A stretch of 64,000 nt of DNA, taken from a virus. Of this stretch, positions 55,405 through 63,521 are shown piece after piece. A model generated the notes under the pieces. The model saw nothing but the letters and a program-made list of their open reading frames with translations, was not told the DNA's origin and made no database searches. The position numbers and the translations under genes are program-made. Numbering within the stretch: the first letter of the stretch is position 1; every line of letters begins with the position of its first letter. Location of the stretch: IMG/VR virus record IMGVR_UViG_3300020202_000078. The stretch is one strand, 5' to 3'.

Positions 55405-56232
55405 TTAGCGGATGTTGACGAACGGGGTTGCGCCGGGGCCGACGACCTGCGGCATCTGGCCATTCCACTTGGCGATGGCCTGCTGTTCCAGAACCTGCGG
55501 ATTGGCGCGGAGGGCCTCGCCACGGAGGCGGTATGCTTCGGCGTCACCCTTGGCGATGGCGATCTTCTCCAGGGCTTGCGCCTCCGCCACTTTCACCTTG
55601 GCGGTGGCCGCGAGAACGTTCTGGTCGGCTTGGGTGCGCGACTTGATGCTTTCGAGGATCAGGTCGGGGAAGCGGATCGAGCCGATCCATTCCAGTTGGG
55701 AGATTGTCACCCCCTCCTTCGACCATTTGGTCTGGACGGTCTTGAGGGCGCGCTGGATCACCTGCTGACGCCCGCCAGCCAAAAGGTCATCGACGCCGAC
55801 CTTCTCCGTTTCGGCGGCGATGGCGGCCCGCACGTCGTTGCGGATGGGTCCGTCGAGCAGTTGGGGAAAGCTGAGCCGGTACTTGGCGTACAGGGCTGGC
55901 GCGGCTCTCGGCTCGACCTTCAGGGTGGCGGCCACGTCGGCGGTCATGGGCAGGCCGGTGCGGTCGGTGAAGACGATCTCTTCGTTTTCGTCGCCGTCGT
56001 CGGTCTTCTCGCGGGTGTAGGGGTAGGTCTTCTGGATCGTCGGATAGACCTCGATACGCTCCCCGATGCCGGTGGCGTGCCACCCGTTCGGCAAGGCTTC
56101 CTGCTGGACACCGGCGCCAGAGCCGAGGGTCTTCACCTTCACGCCGGCGTTGCCCGGCTCAACGGTCTTGCCGCAAGCGGCGGTGGAAAGCGCGGCGACA
56201 CAGACGGCCGCCAGGATGATGGCTCGCTTCAT
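55405..56232 (-). CDS. SPFH/band-7 (HflC/stomatin-like) domain lipoprotein
   Basis: Lipobox LSTAAC; SPFH core; RBS GAGGA. Confidence 0.6.
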   Translation of the reverse strand: MKRAIILAAVCVAALSTAACGKTVEPGNAGVKVKTLGSGAGVQQEALPNGWHATGIGERIEVYPTIQKTYPYTREKTDDGDENEEIVFTDRTGLPMTADVAATLKVEPRAAPALYAKYRLSFPQLLDGPIRNDVRAAIAAETEKVGVDDLLAGGRQQVIQRALKTVQTKWSKEGVTISQLEWIGSIRFPDLILESIKSRTQADQNVLAATAKVKVAEAQALEKIAIAKGDAEAYRLRGEALRANPQVLEQQAIAKWNGQMPQVVGPGATPFVNIR

Positions 56233-56470
56233 TGGTTCCTCGTAGGTTGGAAGTGCTTGGCGACGTCGCGGAACATGACCAGGGCGACCCAGGCCAGACC
56301 GAGAACGCCGAACGCGGCGGCGGCAACAGCGCCGAACAGGCCGTAGTCGCTCGCCGAGCCCCAGAGGGGGCCAACGACGCCACGGAACAGGGTCATTGCG
56401 GCGGCGATCCAGAGGAGGGCGTAGGCCGCCCCCTTCGCCGCGCCGATGAACTGGCTTTCGTACACGGGTG
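56229..56470 (-). CDS. Small 2-TM membrane protein partnered with the SPFH gene (NfeD/YbbJ-like arrangement)
   Basis: GTG start with RBS GGAGA; hydrophobic. Confidence 0.4.
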
Positions 56471-56577
56471 ATCTCCTGCGGCGACGGGGCGGGGGTTGCA
56501 AAATCGCCGTGACGTAGATATAAACGCGACGTTGATTTTGAGCAATACATGCCGGAAGAAAAAACGACGCCACGTAG

Positions 56578-56832
56578 ATGAGTTGTGCGACTCCCCCCGA
56601 CGCGCTATCCGCTGCCCTGGTGAAGAACACGCCCTGGCAAGCGCGGCTGAAGGCTGCCGGCCTGACGCAGAAGCGTCTCGCCGCGCTGCTGGGCGTGGCT
56701 GAGAACACGATCTCCCGCCAGATGAAGGGGGATTGGGACGTGCCAGGCTATGTGGAGGCGTTCGTGGTCGCTTGGGAGGAAAGCCCCCCGGACGTCAGGG
56801 AGCGGGTCGCCAAGCGGCTGGGCAAGCCCTAG
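56578..56832 (+). CDS. XRE-type HTH regulator divergent from the SPFH operon
   Basis: AGLTQKRLAALLGVAENTISRQMKG. Confidence 0.5.
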   Translation: MSCATPPDALSAALVKNTPWQARLKAAGLTQKRLAALLGVAENTISRQMKGDWDVPGYVEAFVVAWEESPPDVRERVAKRLGKP

Positions 56833-56921
56833 ACCCGGGCAGAGCCTTCGAGGGCGTCGTGTCTTAGGTACCGGGCCACACGGCTGAGGTAAACTCGGTC
56901 AAAATCGGTAAACTCGATCAA

Positions 56922-56953
56922 GCCCCTCGGTTCAGACCGGGGGGCTTTTCGCG
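56922..56953 (+). terminator. Rho-independent terminator
   Basis: gcccctcggttcagaccgggggg followed by CTTTTCG. Confidence 0.55.
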
Positions 56954-56959
56954 TTTGGG

Positions 56960-57238
56960 CTAGGCGGTCTGCGCGTTCGGAGCGTCGTCATCCTCGTACA
57001 GGCGCTTGCCGGTCTCGTCTTCGATCCAGACCGTATAGCGCTCGTCGCCGCATTCGGACTCATGGTCATCGTCGCCGGCTGCTTGCGCGAAGAACAGGCC
57101 TCGGTTGCAGTCACAAGACCAGTTGCCCATGTCCCAAATGAACTCGGCAGCCTCTAGGTCTTCCGCAAACCAAAGGTCGCGGTCAGTCAGGGAGCGAACC
57201 TCGGCCGTCGTGTTGTCGCGGATGAAGACCGTGGTCAT
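56960..57238 (-). CDS. Hypothetical acidic protein
   Basis: ORF. Confidence 0.45.
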   Translation of the reverse strand: MTTVFIRDNTTAEVRSLTDRDLWFAEDLEAAEFIWDMGNWSCDCNRGLFFAQAAGDDDHESECGDERYTVWIEDETGKRLYEDDDAPNAQTA

Positions 57239-57678
57239 GCTGCGGCTTTTGTCAGGCCAGCAAGGACGGCGATGTTCCGCTGATATTTCCAGAACCGCTT
57301 GTGGTCCTTCTGGGTCGGGTTGGGAATGCGGGACAGGTCGGCGTTGTCCTGCAGGTCCGCCATCTTCACGATGCGGGCGATGGGGTTGCGGGACACGCGC
57401 TTGATGAAGGCGCCATAGGCCTCGCCATCGCGGCGGGTCAGGGCCTCGACGGCTTCGATCACTGGCGCGGAGAAGCCTTCGCGTGCGAGGTCGGCAGCGG
57501 TTACGTCGGTGTCCTCCAAGACGTCGTGCAGGACCGCCGCGATGCGCGCCTCGTCCCCGTCAACGTCGATGGCAAACATGACGCGGAGCGGATGGAGGAT
57601 GTACGGCGCACCGCCATTGTCCACTTGGCCAGCGTGGGCGGTGACCGCAATCTGAATGGCGCGCTCCAGGCTGCTCAT
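57235..57678 (-). CDS. Small alarmone hydrolase (RelA/SpoT-type HD domain (p)ppGpp hydrolase, SAH)
   Basis: AHAGQVDNGGAPYILHPLRV...IAAVLHDVLEDTDVT...KMADLQDN. Confidence 0.75.
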   Translation of the reverse strand: MSSLERAIQIAVTAHAGQVDNGGAPYILHPLRVMFAIDVDGDEARIAAVLHDVLEDTDVTAADLAREGFSAPVIEAVEALTRRDGEAYGAFIKRVSRNPIARIVKMADLQDNADLSRIPNPTQKDHKRFWKYQRNIAVLAGLTKAAA

Positions 57679-57971
57679 GCTGCGGCTTCTGTCTTGCTGG
57701 GGTGGGATAGGATGTGGTCGATGACCCTGACGAAAGCCTCCGCTACAATTCCCTCGCTGATGAAGAAATCGGGGTTGCTGTCGGCGGCAGCGGCCACAGC
57801 CTCCGCCCCCGGCTCCCGTAGAGCGGTGAGGATGGGCGCGATCATGTGTCGATAGGCCGGCCATGCGCCGTTGACGTACTTCTGCACGACAGGCTGTTCG
57901 GCCTTGCCGTGTTTGAGGCAGTCGGCCAGACAGGCCGCCCGCGCCAGCCGTTCGATCACCGGGTTTTCCAT
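57675..57971 (-). CDS. Hypothetical protein
   Basis: Coupled ORF. Confidence 0.45.
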   Translation of the reverse strand: MENPVIERLARAACLADCLKHGKAEQPVVQKYVNGAWPAYRHMIAPILTALREPGAEAVAAAADSNPDFFISEGIVAEAFVRVIDHILSHPSKTEAAA

Positions 57972-57972
57972 G

Positions 57973-58269
57973 TTAGGCCAACTCCTGGATAGCGACGGCC
58001 CTGGCGGCGAGACCTTGACGCAATACGTCGCGGAGTGCGTCGCCTAGGCTCGATGGGTGGCCGATATCGGCATGGAAGCCGTCGTCGAACCCCTCGATCG
58101 CGAGGAGCGGTCGATCGTCCCACTGGAAGTCTGGTCCTGCGCTAGCGTGACAAGAGACGGAGCATTTGCCCAACGAGAACCACCAGCCCGGAAGGGCGGC
58201 CTGGAACTCGTCGATGGCGGCTCGGAGGTCGTCGGTTTCGCCGGGCGTTTCCATACCCAAGAATCCCAC
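57973..58269 (-). CDS. Hypothetical protein (paralog of 16970-17233)
   Basis: LPGWWFSLGKCSVSCHASAGPD. Confidence 0.5.
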   Translation of the reverse strand: MGFLGMETPGETDDLRAAIDEFQAALPGWWFSLGKCSVSCHASAGPDFQWDDRPLLAIEGFDDGFHADIGHPSSLGDALRDVLRQGLAARAVAIQELA

Positions 58270-58529
58270 GAAAACCCTTGAGATTCAAGCAAAAGCGGGC
58301 GATATTAGCCGGGCTGCGGCGGCGGGGAAGGACCCGCTACCGGATGGCTCAGACCCGAGCCGGCTGCCCGCACCAGGCATATCGAAAGATGTGCGACGGC
58401 GCGACCCGAAAGGGAGGGGGCAGACGGTAGCCATGGCGCGCGCGCCGCCTACACGTCGGGAGCCGGTATCAAGCCCGGCCCGCAGCATCTTCCCTCGCCA
58501 AGCCCTACGCGACCAACTACCGTCCCAAC

Positions 58530-58763
58530 ATGGATGAATTAGAGCGCAGACTGGCCGCCCTGGAACTCTGGGCCATCGAGGTCGGCAGCTTCATAGAGCC
58601 CCAGCACCTTGCCGACGCGGCCCGTTCAATCCGCTCCTGCATTGACACCGTAGACCCCGAAGAGCGGGATATCCGCATGGGAGCGTTAGGGCTTATCGAG
58701 GACGCTCAACGCCGCTGGGCGCCGCCTGCCGAGGGGCTGTGTGTTCCTGGGGAAGACCCGTAG
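58530..58763 (+). CDS. Hypothetical protein
   Basis: ORF. Confidence 0.35.
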   Translation: MDELERRLAALELWAIEVGSFIEPQHLADAARSIRSCIDTVDPEERDIRMGALGLIEDAQRRWAPPAEGLCVPGEDP

Positions 58764-58771
58764 ACTGGCGG

Positions 58772-59155
58772 TCATCTGCCGATGTCCGTGAGGTAGTCGA
58801 TTGCCGCTTCGTGGCGGGCTTTGATGTCAGCCTTCTCGAAGGGATCTAGGCGGAAGCCTTCAGGGGCGTCGCACTCGTTCAGCAGGTAGGTGACGGCGCG
58901 GGTGAGGCCCTCAAGGTGATCCGCACCCCCTGCCGCATTGGATGCTCGGAACCCCGCCTCAAAGGCTGCCCACAGCGCGCGTCTGGAGTGGCCGGGATAG
59001 CTCGCCTGACGACAGGCGTTCTCAAAGTCGTCTGTCGCTGCGTAGGCGCACCATGCAAGCTTCACGGGCTCGTCCGGACGATGGCCGTTGCCCGCCCCGT
59101 CACTTCCCGTCTGCGTGTTCGCAGGCTCAGGGCGTCGTTCGCCATGGCTGTTCAT
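58772..59155 (-). CDS. Hypothetical protein; the same frame stays open ~190 bp upstream and encodes a Cys/His-rich zinc-ribbon-like segment without any ATG/GTG/TTG
   Basis: Manual translation of 59156-59350 gives FSFICGCEHCGHKYRRGDGYADNYFCTQVVPGQHCPECG. Confidence 0.4.
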   Translation of the reverse strand: MNSHGERRPEPANTQTGSDGAGNGHRPDEPVKLAWCAYAATDDFENACRQASYPGHSRRALWAAFEAGFRASNAAGGADHLEGLTRAVTYLLNECDAPEGFRLDPFEKADIKARHEAAIDYLTDIGR

Positions 59156-59351
59156 GCCGCACTCAGGGCAGTGCTGGCCGGGGACGACCTGCGTGCAGAA
59201 GTAGTTGTCGGCGTATCCGTCTCCGCGCCGGTACTTGTGACCGCAATGCTCGCAGCCGCAGATGAAGGAGAAGTCGTTCCGATATTGATCCCACTCCTGG
59301 TCAGTGGGATCGGTCGCGGCGGGACTGAGGCTGGCGGGAGTTGGAGCGCGC

Positions 59352-59543
59352 TCATGCTTTACCCGTGGCGCGGGAGATGGCGACTTCGGCTTTGCGAATG
59401 AACGTCATGCCCTCGCGGGCGATTGCGGGGGTGGTGCTCAGCAGGGCGAAGCGGAACAGTTCCTTGACCTCGCGAAGGCTCTCCACCAGATCGGCGATCA
59501 GCTCGTCCTTCTCCCCTTGCGAGCGCTCTTTGGGCGTAGTCAT
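59352..59543 (-). CDS. Small protein paralogous to 8767-8949
   Basis: Shared ERSQGEK and ISRATGKA; flanking DNA duplicated. Confidence 0.45.
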   Translation of the reverse strand: MTTPKERSQGEKDELIADLVESLREVKELFRFALLSTTPAIAREGMTFIRKAEVAISRATGKA

Positions 59544-59761
59544 GGGGCGGTCTTCTTGACGGCAGCGGCGACCGCATCCCGATCCAGCCACAGCACCAAG
59601 CCGAGCATCTTCGTCCCCTTGAGGTCGATGGGCTGCCCCGTCCCAAAGGTGATCTTCGTGCCCTTCTTCTCGCTGTAATTCAGGTCGATGGCGCACTGGT
59701 CGAGGTTCTGAAACTGGACGTTGTCATCGCCGACGGCGAGAATGAGTTCGGACATTTTCAT
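59540..59761 (-). CDS. Hypothetical small protein
   Basis: RBS GGGAGGAA duplicated from 8951-8981. Confidence 0.45.
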   Translation of the reverse strand: MKMSELILAVGDDNVQFQNLDQCAIDLNYSEKKGTKITFGTGQPIDLKGTKMLGLVLWLDRDAVAAAVKKTAP

Positions 59762-59970
59762 TGGGGGTTCCTCCCGGGACTGAGGCTGGCGTCTGCGCGG
59801 CGCTCCTCTTGGTCGCTGCCACTTGGCTTCGGCGTGTTTGTAGGGGCGCACCAAGGGCACGGTTCGGTGCGCCAAGCGGCCTCGGCATGGTCGAACCATC
59901 CGATCTCACCCCGACCATTGCAGGCCTCGCACACCCGCTTCTTCCGCCGGGGCTTCGGCCTGATACCCAT
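59758..59970 (-). CDS. Small zinc-finger protein
   Basis: CEACNGRG...CPWC. Confidence 0.35.
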   Translation of the reverse strand: MGIRPKPRRKKRVCEACNGRGEIGWFDHAEAAWRTEPCPWCAPTNTPKPSGSDQEERRADASLSPGRNPQ

Positions 59971-59993
59971 CGCGGGTTTCCACAGATGATTGC

Positions 59994-60233
59994 TCACGGC
60001 ACCAGCTCCCTCATTGGGACCTCAAGAAAGTCGGCGATCTTGCGGAGCCGGGAGACGGGCAGATCGGAGCGCCCGCACTCGATGTTGGCGACCTGTGCCC
60101 GCGACAAACCGGCAGCGCTCGCCACTTCGTCCTGCGTTTTTCGCTTGGCCTTGCGGGCCGCCTGGATAAACAGGCCGACGTGAGCCTTCTCGATGGGCAG
60201 ATCACCCGTGCCGTCGCAGTAGGGGCACTTCAT
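59994..60233 (-). CDS. XRE-family HTH regulator with N-terminal zinc ribbon
   Basis: CPYCDG; KTQDEVASAAGLSRAQVANIECG. Confidence 0.6.
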   Translation of the reverse strand: MKCPYCDGTGDLPIEKAHVGLFIQAARKAKRKTQDEVASAAGLSRAQVANIECGRSDLPVSRLRKIADFLEVPMRELVP

Positions 60234-60490
60234 GGCCGCTCACCGACGCGAAGGTGAACCTCGTCGCGGACGTTTCTCCCGCATACCAGACACCCATGCT
60301 CATCGCCGGGGTCGACAACATGGATGTGCCGCTTGACCCGCAGGGCTTCCTCTATTGCCGCCACGACAGCATCCGCCTCACTGGCGGCGAGGACGTGGTC
60401 AAACGCGACGGCAATGGTGTGGGTGTCGCGCCGATAGCAAGTGAAGGCTTCCGGATTATAGGCCGACGCCGGTGCGAGGCTCACAGCCAC
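60230..60490 (-). CDS. Hypothetical protein
   Basis: Coupled ORF. Confidence 0.4.
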   Translation of the reverse strand: MAVSLAPASAYNPEAFTCYRRDTHTIAVAFDHVLAASEADAVVAAIEEALRVKRHIHVVDPGDEHGCLVCGRNVRDEVHLRVGERP

Positions 60491-60678
60491 ACCATCACGA
60501 TCACGCCAAGCGCCGCAATGAGTTCACCGCCAGCGCGGGCCATAGAGCGCCAGTGGTCGCCGACGGAACCGTACTGTACCTCGGTCGCTAGCAGGCTGTG
60601 GGTTCGCTGTGCCCCGTAGATCACGAAGGCGCTGGCGGCGATCTTGGCGATGATGAGAAGCCAATTGATGGCGGTCAT
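60481..60678 (-). CDS. Small 2-TM membrane protein
   Basis: Hydrophobic. Confidence 0.4.
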   Translation of the reverse strand: MTAINWLLIIAKIAASAFVIYGAQRTHSLLATEVQYGSVGDHWRSMARAGGELIAALGVIVMVWL

Positions 60679-60944
60679 TTCGGCTGCTCCAGCAGGTCTC
60701 GCGCCAGCCGCGCTTGAAGGTCCACCACGCCGCCAAGAGCCGTGTGGCGATGCTCTGTCATGCCTCGCCCGGCGTACCCGCTGCCGACCGCCGTTACCCG
60801 CTCACCATCGAGTTGAACAGTGGTGACCGCTATGCCGTGGAAGTCGCCGTCGCGAGCCGATTGGAGCATCCGCTGGCAGAAGCGCACGACCTCTTCGTCG
60901 GCTGTGGCTACTGGCTCATTCTCTACCAAGTGCACGGTGTTCAT
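60675..60944 (-). CDS. Hypothetical protein
   Basis: ORF. Confidence 0.4.
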   Translation of the reverse strand: MNTVHLVENEPVATADEEVVRFCQRMLQSARDGDFHGIAVTTVQLDGERVTAVGSGYAGRGMTEHRHTALGGVVDLQARLARDLLEQPK

Positions 60945-60949
60945 TGGCT

Positions 60950-61013
60950 ATCTCCGATATCGTAGTTGAACTCTACACCCATCCCTGTTAGGGTCAACCA
61001 CGATATCGGAGAT
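60950..61013. promoter_or_regulatory. Perfect 14-bp inverted repeat ATCTCCGATATCGT / ACGATATCGGAGAT (37-bp spacer) in a divergent promoter region
   Basis: Seen directly in the sequence. Confidence 0.5.
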
Positions 61014-61056
61014 AGAGATATTTTGACCGCAACCGCGATATCGCTCACAACGCTCC

Positions 61057-61271
61057 CGATGCCGGGGCCAAAGCCGCAAGACCTAGAAGACATCCTCGGG
61101 CGGTATCCGCGCGGGACAAAGGAGCGAATTGCCCGGCTGCTCGGCGAGGGGGCGCCCAAGGGCGCGCAGGCCGAATTGCTACGCGAGGCCCTGGAGAGGG
61201 AGCTAAGGCGGAGGGAGCGGCACGCGAAGCTCAAAGCCCTCGCCAAGCCTAGAACCCATCCCGCAGGTTGA
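61057..61271 (+). CDS. Hypothetical small basic protein
   Basis: ORF after the IR. Confidence 0.3.
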
Positions 61272-61521
61272 TGAGCGGCGTTCCTGGCGCGGCGTTGGCG
61301 GAGAAGAACACCCGCCCGGGGCAGTCACCCTTGCACCTGGGCCGCCTGTTCCACAGCGAGTAGTTCTCGCCCTTCTCGGCAATGATCGCATCAAGATCGA
61401 CAGGCCAGACCGTCTTGCACCGTGAGCAGTAGGCGGTGACCGTGCACCCGCGCTCAACGCCCTCTTTCAGGAGGCCTACGGTAGAGGACCACAGGGGGAT
61501 GGTGGCGGAGGGGGTTCGCAT
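61249..61521 (-). CDS. Cys4 zinc-binding protein
   Basis: CTVTAYCSRC...CKGDC. Confidence 0.4.
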   Translation of the reverse strand: MRTPSATIPLWSSTVGLLKEGVERGCTVTAYCSRCKTVWPVDLDAIIAEKGENYSLWNRRPRCKGDCPGRVFFSANAAPGTPLINLRDGF

Positions 61522-61562
61522 CCCCCGGCTTATGCCTTGGAGAACGGGAGGGGAACAAGGGG

Positions 61563-61763
61563 CTAGGCGGGGCTCGCGGGCTTCGTCCCCAGCTTCACCT
61601 CTCCACCTTCCCCAACAGTCCCAACCGCTACAGGGCGAAGGGCAAACTCTCGGAGGATGGCGTCGGCGGCGTGAACTGAGCGGTTGTCGCCTTGCCCTGC
61701 GTACATCTCGATGATGGCGACCAGCCTCTCCCTAACCCGCTCTCTCAGTACGTCACTGCTCAT
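61563..61763 (-). CDS. Hypothetical protein
   Basis: ORF. Confidence 0.35.
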   Translation of the reverse strand: MSSDVLRERVRERLVAIIEMYAGQGDNRSVHAADAILREFALRPVAVGTVGEGGEVKLGTKPASPA

Positions 61764-62199
61764 AGACGTTAATCCCGAACAAGGTGCGCCACTTTTCCTC
61801 ATCGACCGCCTTCAACTCCTGAACGGTGCGGTTCACCCGCGCCTCATAGTCCGGCGGCTGCGGCCAGACATCTAGGCTTTCGCCAGGTGGCCCGATTAGC
61901 TCGCAGGTCTTTATGTCGCCGTCATACAGCGTGCGGAACCCGCCACTGCACGACATCCCGGCCATAGGCTTGATCTGCCGAACTGCTGCAAAGAGAATGC
62001 TGCTAGGCCAAGGGTCGTGACCGCAGAGCTGCGCAACGCGTCGCGCGACCTCTTCCGTCAGGTTCCTGTTGACTGATACCGTGCCGCCGTGGGTGACGGT
62101 TATTACAGCCCAGCACGCTGGCGAGTCTACCGTTTCGGCGTCTTCCATCTTCCGTCCTTCCTGTTCACTCATGGGGAGGGGGAGTTTCCGCAACAGCAC
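61753..62199 (-). CDS. Hypothetical protein
   Basis: ORF. Confidence 0.4.
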   Translation of the reverse strand: MLLRKLPLPMSEQEGRKMEDAETVDSPACWAVITVTHGGTVSVNRNLTEEVARRVAQLCGHDPWPSSILFAAVRQIKPMAGMSCSGGFRTLYDGDIKTCELIGPPGESLDVWPQPPDYEARVNRTVQELKAVDEEKWRTLFGINVYEQ

Positions 62200-62355
62200 G
62201 CAGGTCTAGGGCGAGGGCGTCAAGCGCCTGTCGCCCCGTCATGCCCGGATAAAGCTTGTAGGCGGCGTCCATAATACTATCGCGATGGCCTGCGGTCACG
62301 ACGATCTCGGCCAGCCTTTGAAGGCGTTTGCTTCTGTCTTCCATCTTCCCCTCCT

Positions 62356-62580
62356 TCAGGGACTAGGGGGCTCAGTCAAAGCCTGCCGAAGGTCGGCAAC
62401 CTCTTCCAGCCGCCAGGCAATCTCCTCCTGCAGATCTTCCAATCGGGCGCGCATGGCGGCCTCGATAGTGGGGTACTCGCCGTTGATCCCGGCGGGGATG
62501 TCGTGGATGTAGCCCGCGTCGCTCGATATGAAGGTCGCCGGTTCATCCTCGTGGTGTTGCCAAGTCCAGGTCAGTTCCAT
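62356..62580 (-). CDS. Hypothetical protein
   Basis: ORF. Confidence 0.35.
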   Translation of the reverse strand: MELTWTWQHHEDEPATFISSDAGYIHDIPAGINGEYPTIEAAMRARLEDLQEEIAWRLEEVADLRQALTEPPSP

Positions 62581-62581
62581 C

Positions 62582-62818
62582 TCATCCCTCCATACTGTTA
62601 GAGCGAGCGGGCTCGAAGCCGCGCATGTATTCCGCCAGGAACGAACCGGACGGCCGGTCATGGACCTTGCCGGGCCCAAGCACTTCAACGCCATGCCGAC
62701 GAGCGCGGTCGATCATGCCCTGCCACCAGTTGTTCGGCTCGCCGCGTTGACAGCCAAGGGCGTCGATCAGGAGCATGACGGTGTGCTCCAGCTCGTCGAT
62801 GCGGTCCTTCTCACCCAT
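62582..62818 (-). CDS. Hypothetical protein
   Basis: ORF. Confidence 0.4.
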   Translation of the reverse strand: MGEKDRIDELEHTVMLLIDALGCQRGEPNNWWQGMIDRARRHGVEVLGPGKVHDRPSGSFLAEYMRGFEPARSNSMEG

Positions 62819-63149
62819 TTCCCTTCTCCGTGTCGTTAGAGCGGAGGACCGGCGTCTCGTCGCCGATTGCTGCCCGTAACATCGCGCGAAAGCGTATCGC
62901 GTGCTTGGCCTTTACGCTGACATACCGATCCGTCGGCCGGCGCTCTGGAGACAGCGCCTTGGCTGCAGCCTTGAGCATCTTGTTGTCGGGCGCCAGCAGG
63001 GCGCGGACAACCGCAACTGTCGCTTCGTCGACGCGATGCTCGGCAATGCCCTGACGCAGGAGCGCAGACCGGACGCGCTGAGCGGCTGGCGTGAACTGCG
63101 GAGCAGGCCAGTCCAGGCCGCCATCACCCTCGGCCATTCGGCCCTCCAA
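62811..63149 (-). CDS. Hypothetical protein next to attR
   Basis: ORF (TTG start in the track). Confidence 0.4.
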   Translation of the reverse strand: MEGRMAEGDGGLDWPAPQFTPAAQRVRSALLRQGIAEHRVDEATVAVVRALLAPDNKMLKAAAKALSPERRPTDRYVSVKAKHAIRFRAMLRAAIGDETPVLRSNDTEKGNG

Positions 63150-63237
63150 TCGCCAGAGCGAAACCGCTTTGATGACGGGATTGATGATAGCATTTCCGAG
63201 AGGGAGCGGAAAGCCTTACGTTTCGGGCGTTTCCGGA

Positions 63238-63261
63238 CTTCCGATGGCTCCCCGGGCAGGA
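63238..63261. repeat. attR: attR core
   Basis: Exact match to 187-210. Confidence 0.8.
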
Positions 63262-63320
63262 CTCGAACCTGCGACCCGGCGGTTAACAGCCGCCTGCTCT
63301 ACCAACTGAGCTACCGAGGA
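63245..63320 (-). tRNA. tRNA-Asn (GTT anticodon)
   Basis: Reverse complement tcctcggtagctcagttggtagagcaggcggctgttaaccgccgggtcgcaggttcgagtcctgcccggggagcca; 76 nt; cloverleaf with a CUGUUAA anticodon loop. Confidence 0.9.
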
Positions 63321-63521
63321 ACATCGCTTCGGAAGGAGGCGGCGTATACGCCGGGGGCGGCGGCGGTGCAAGCCGTGCGGGGCGGAAAAAAGAGCCCGGC
63401 GGATGAGGCCGGGCTGTTCAAAGTCTGTGATGGTGGGGTGTCTTCAAGGAAGACGTCCGGAAGGTCGAACTTTATGGTTAACGAGAGGTGAATCGCGCGC
63501 GTTGAATCGCAAGGTGAGGGA

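Larger units (their letters stand above)
187..63261. mobile_element. Integrated temperate prophage (~63 kb) bounded by 24-bp direct repeats at the tRNA-Asn 3' end
   Basis: Identical 24-mer cttccgatggctccccgggcagga at both ends; integrase adjacent to attL; full phage gene complement between. Confidence 0.85.
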
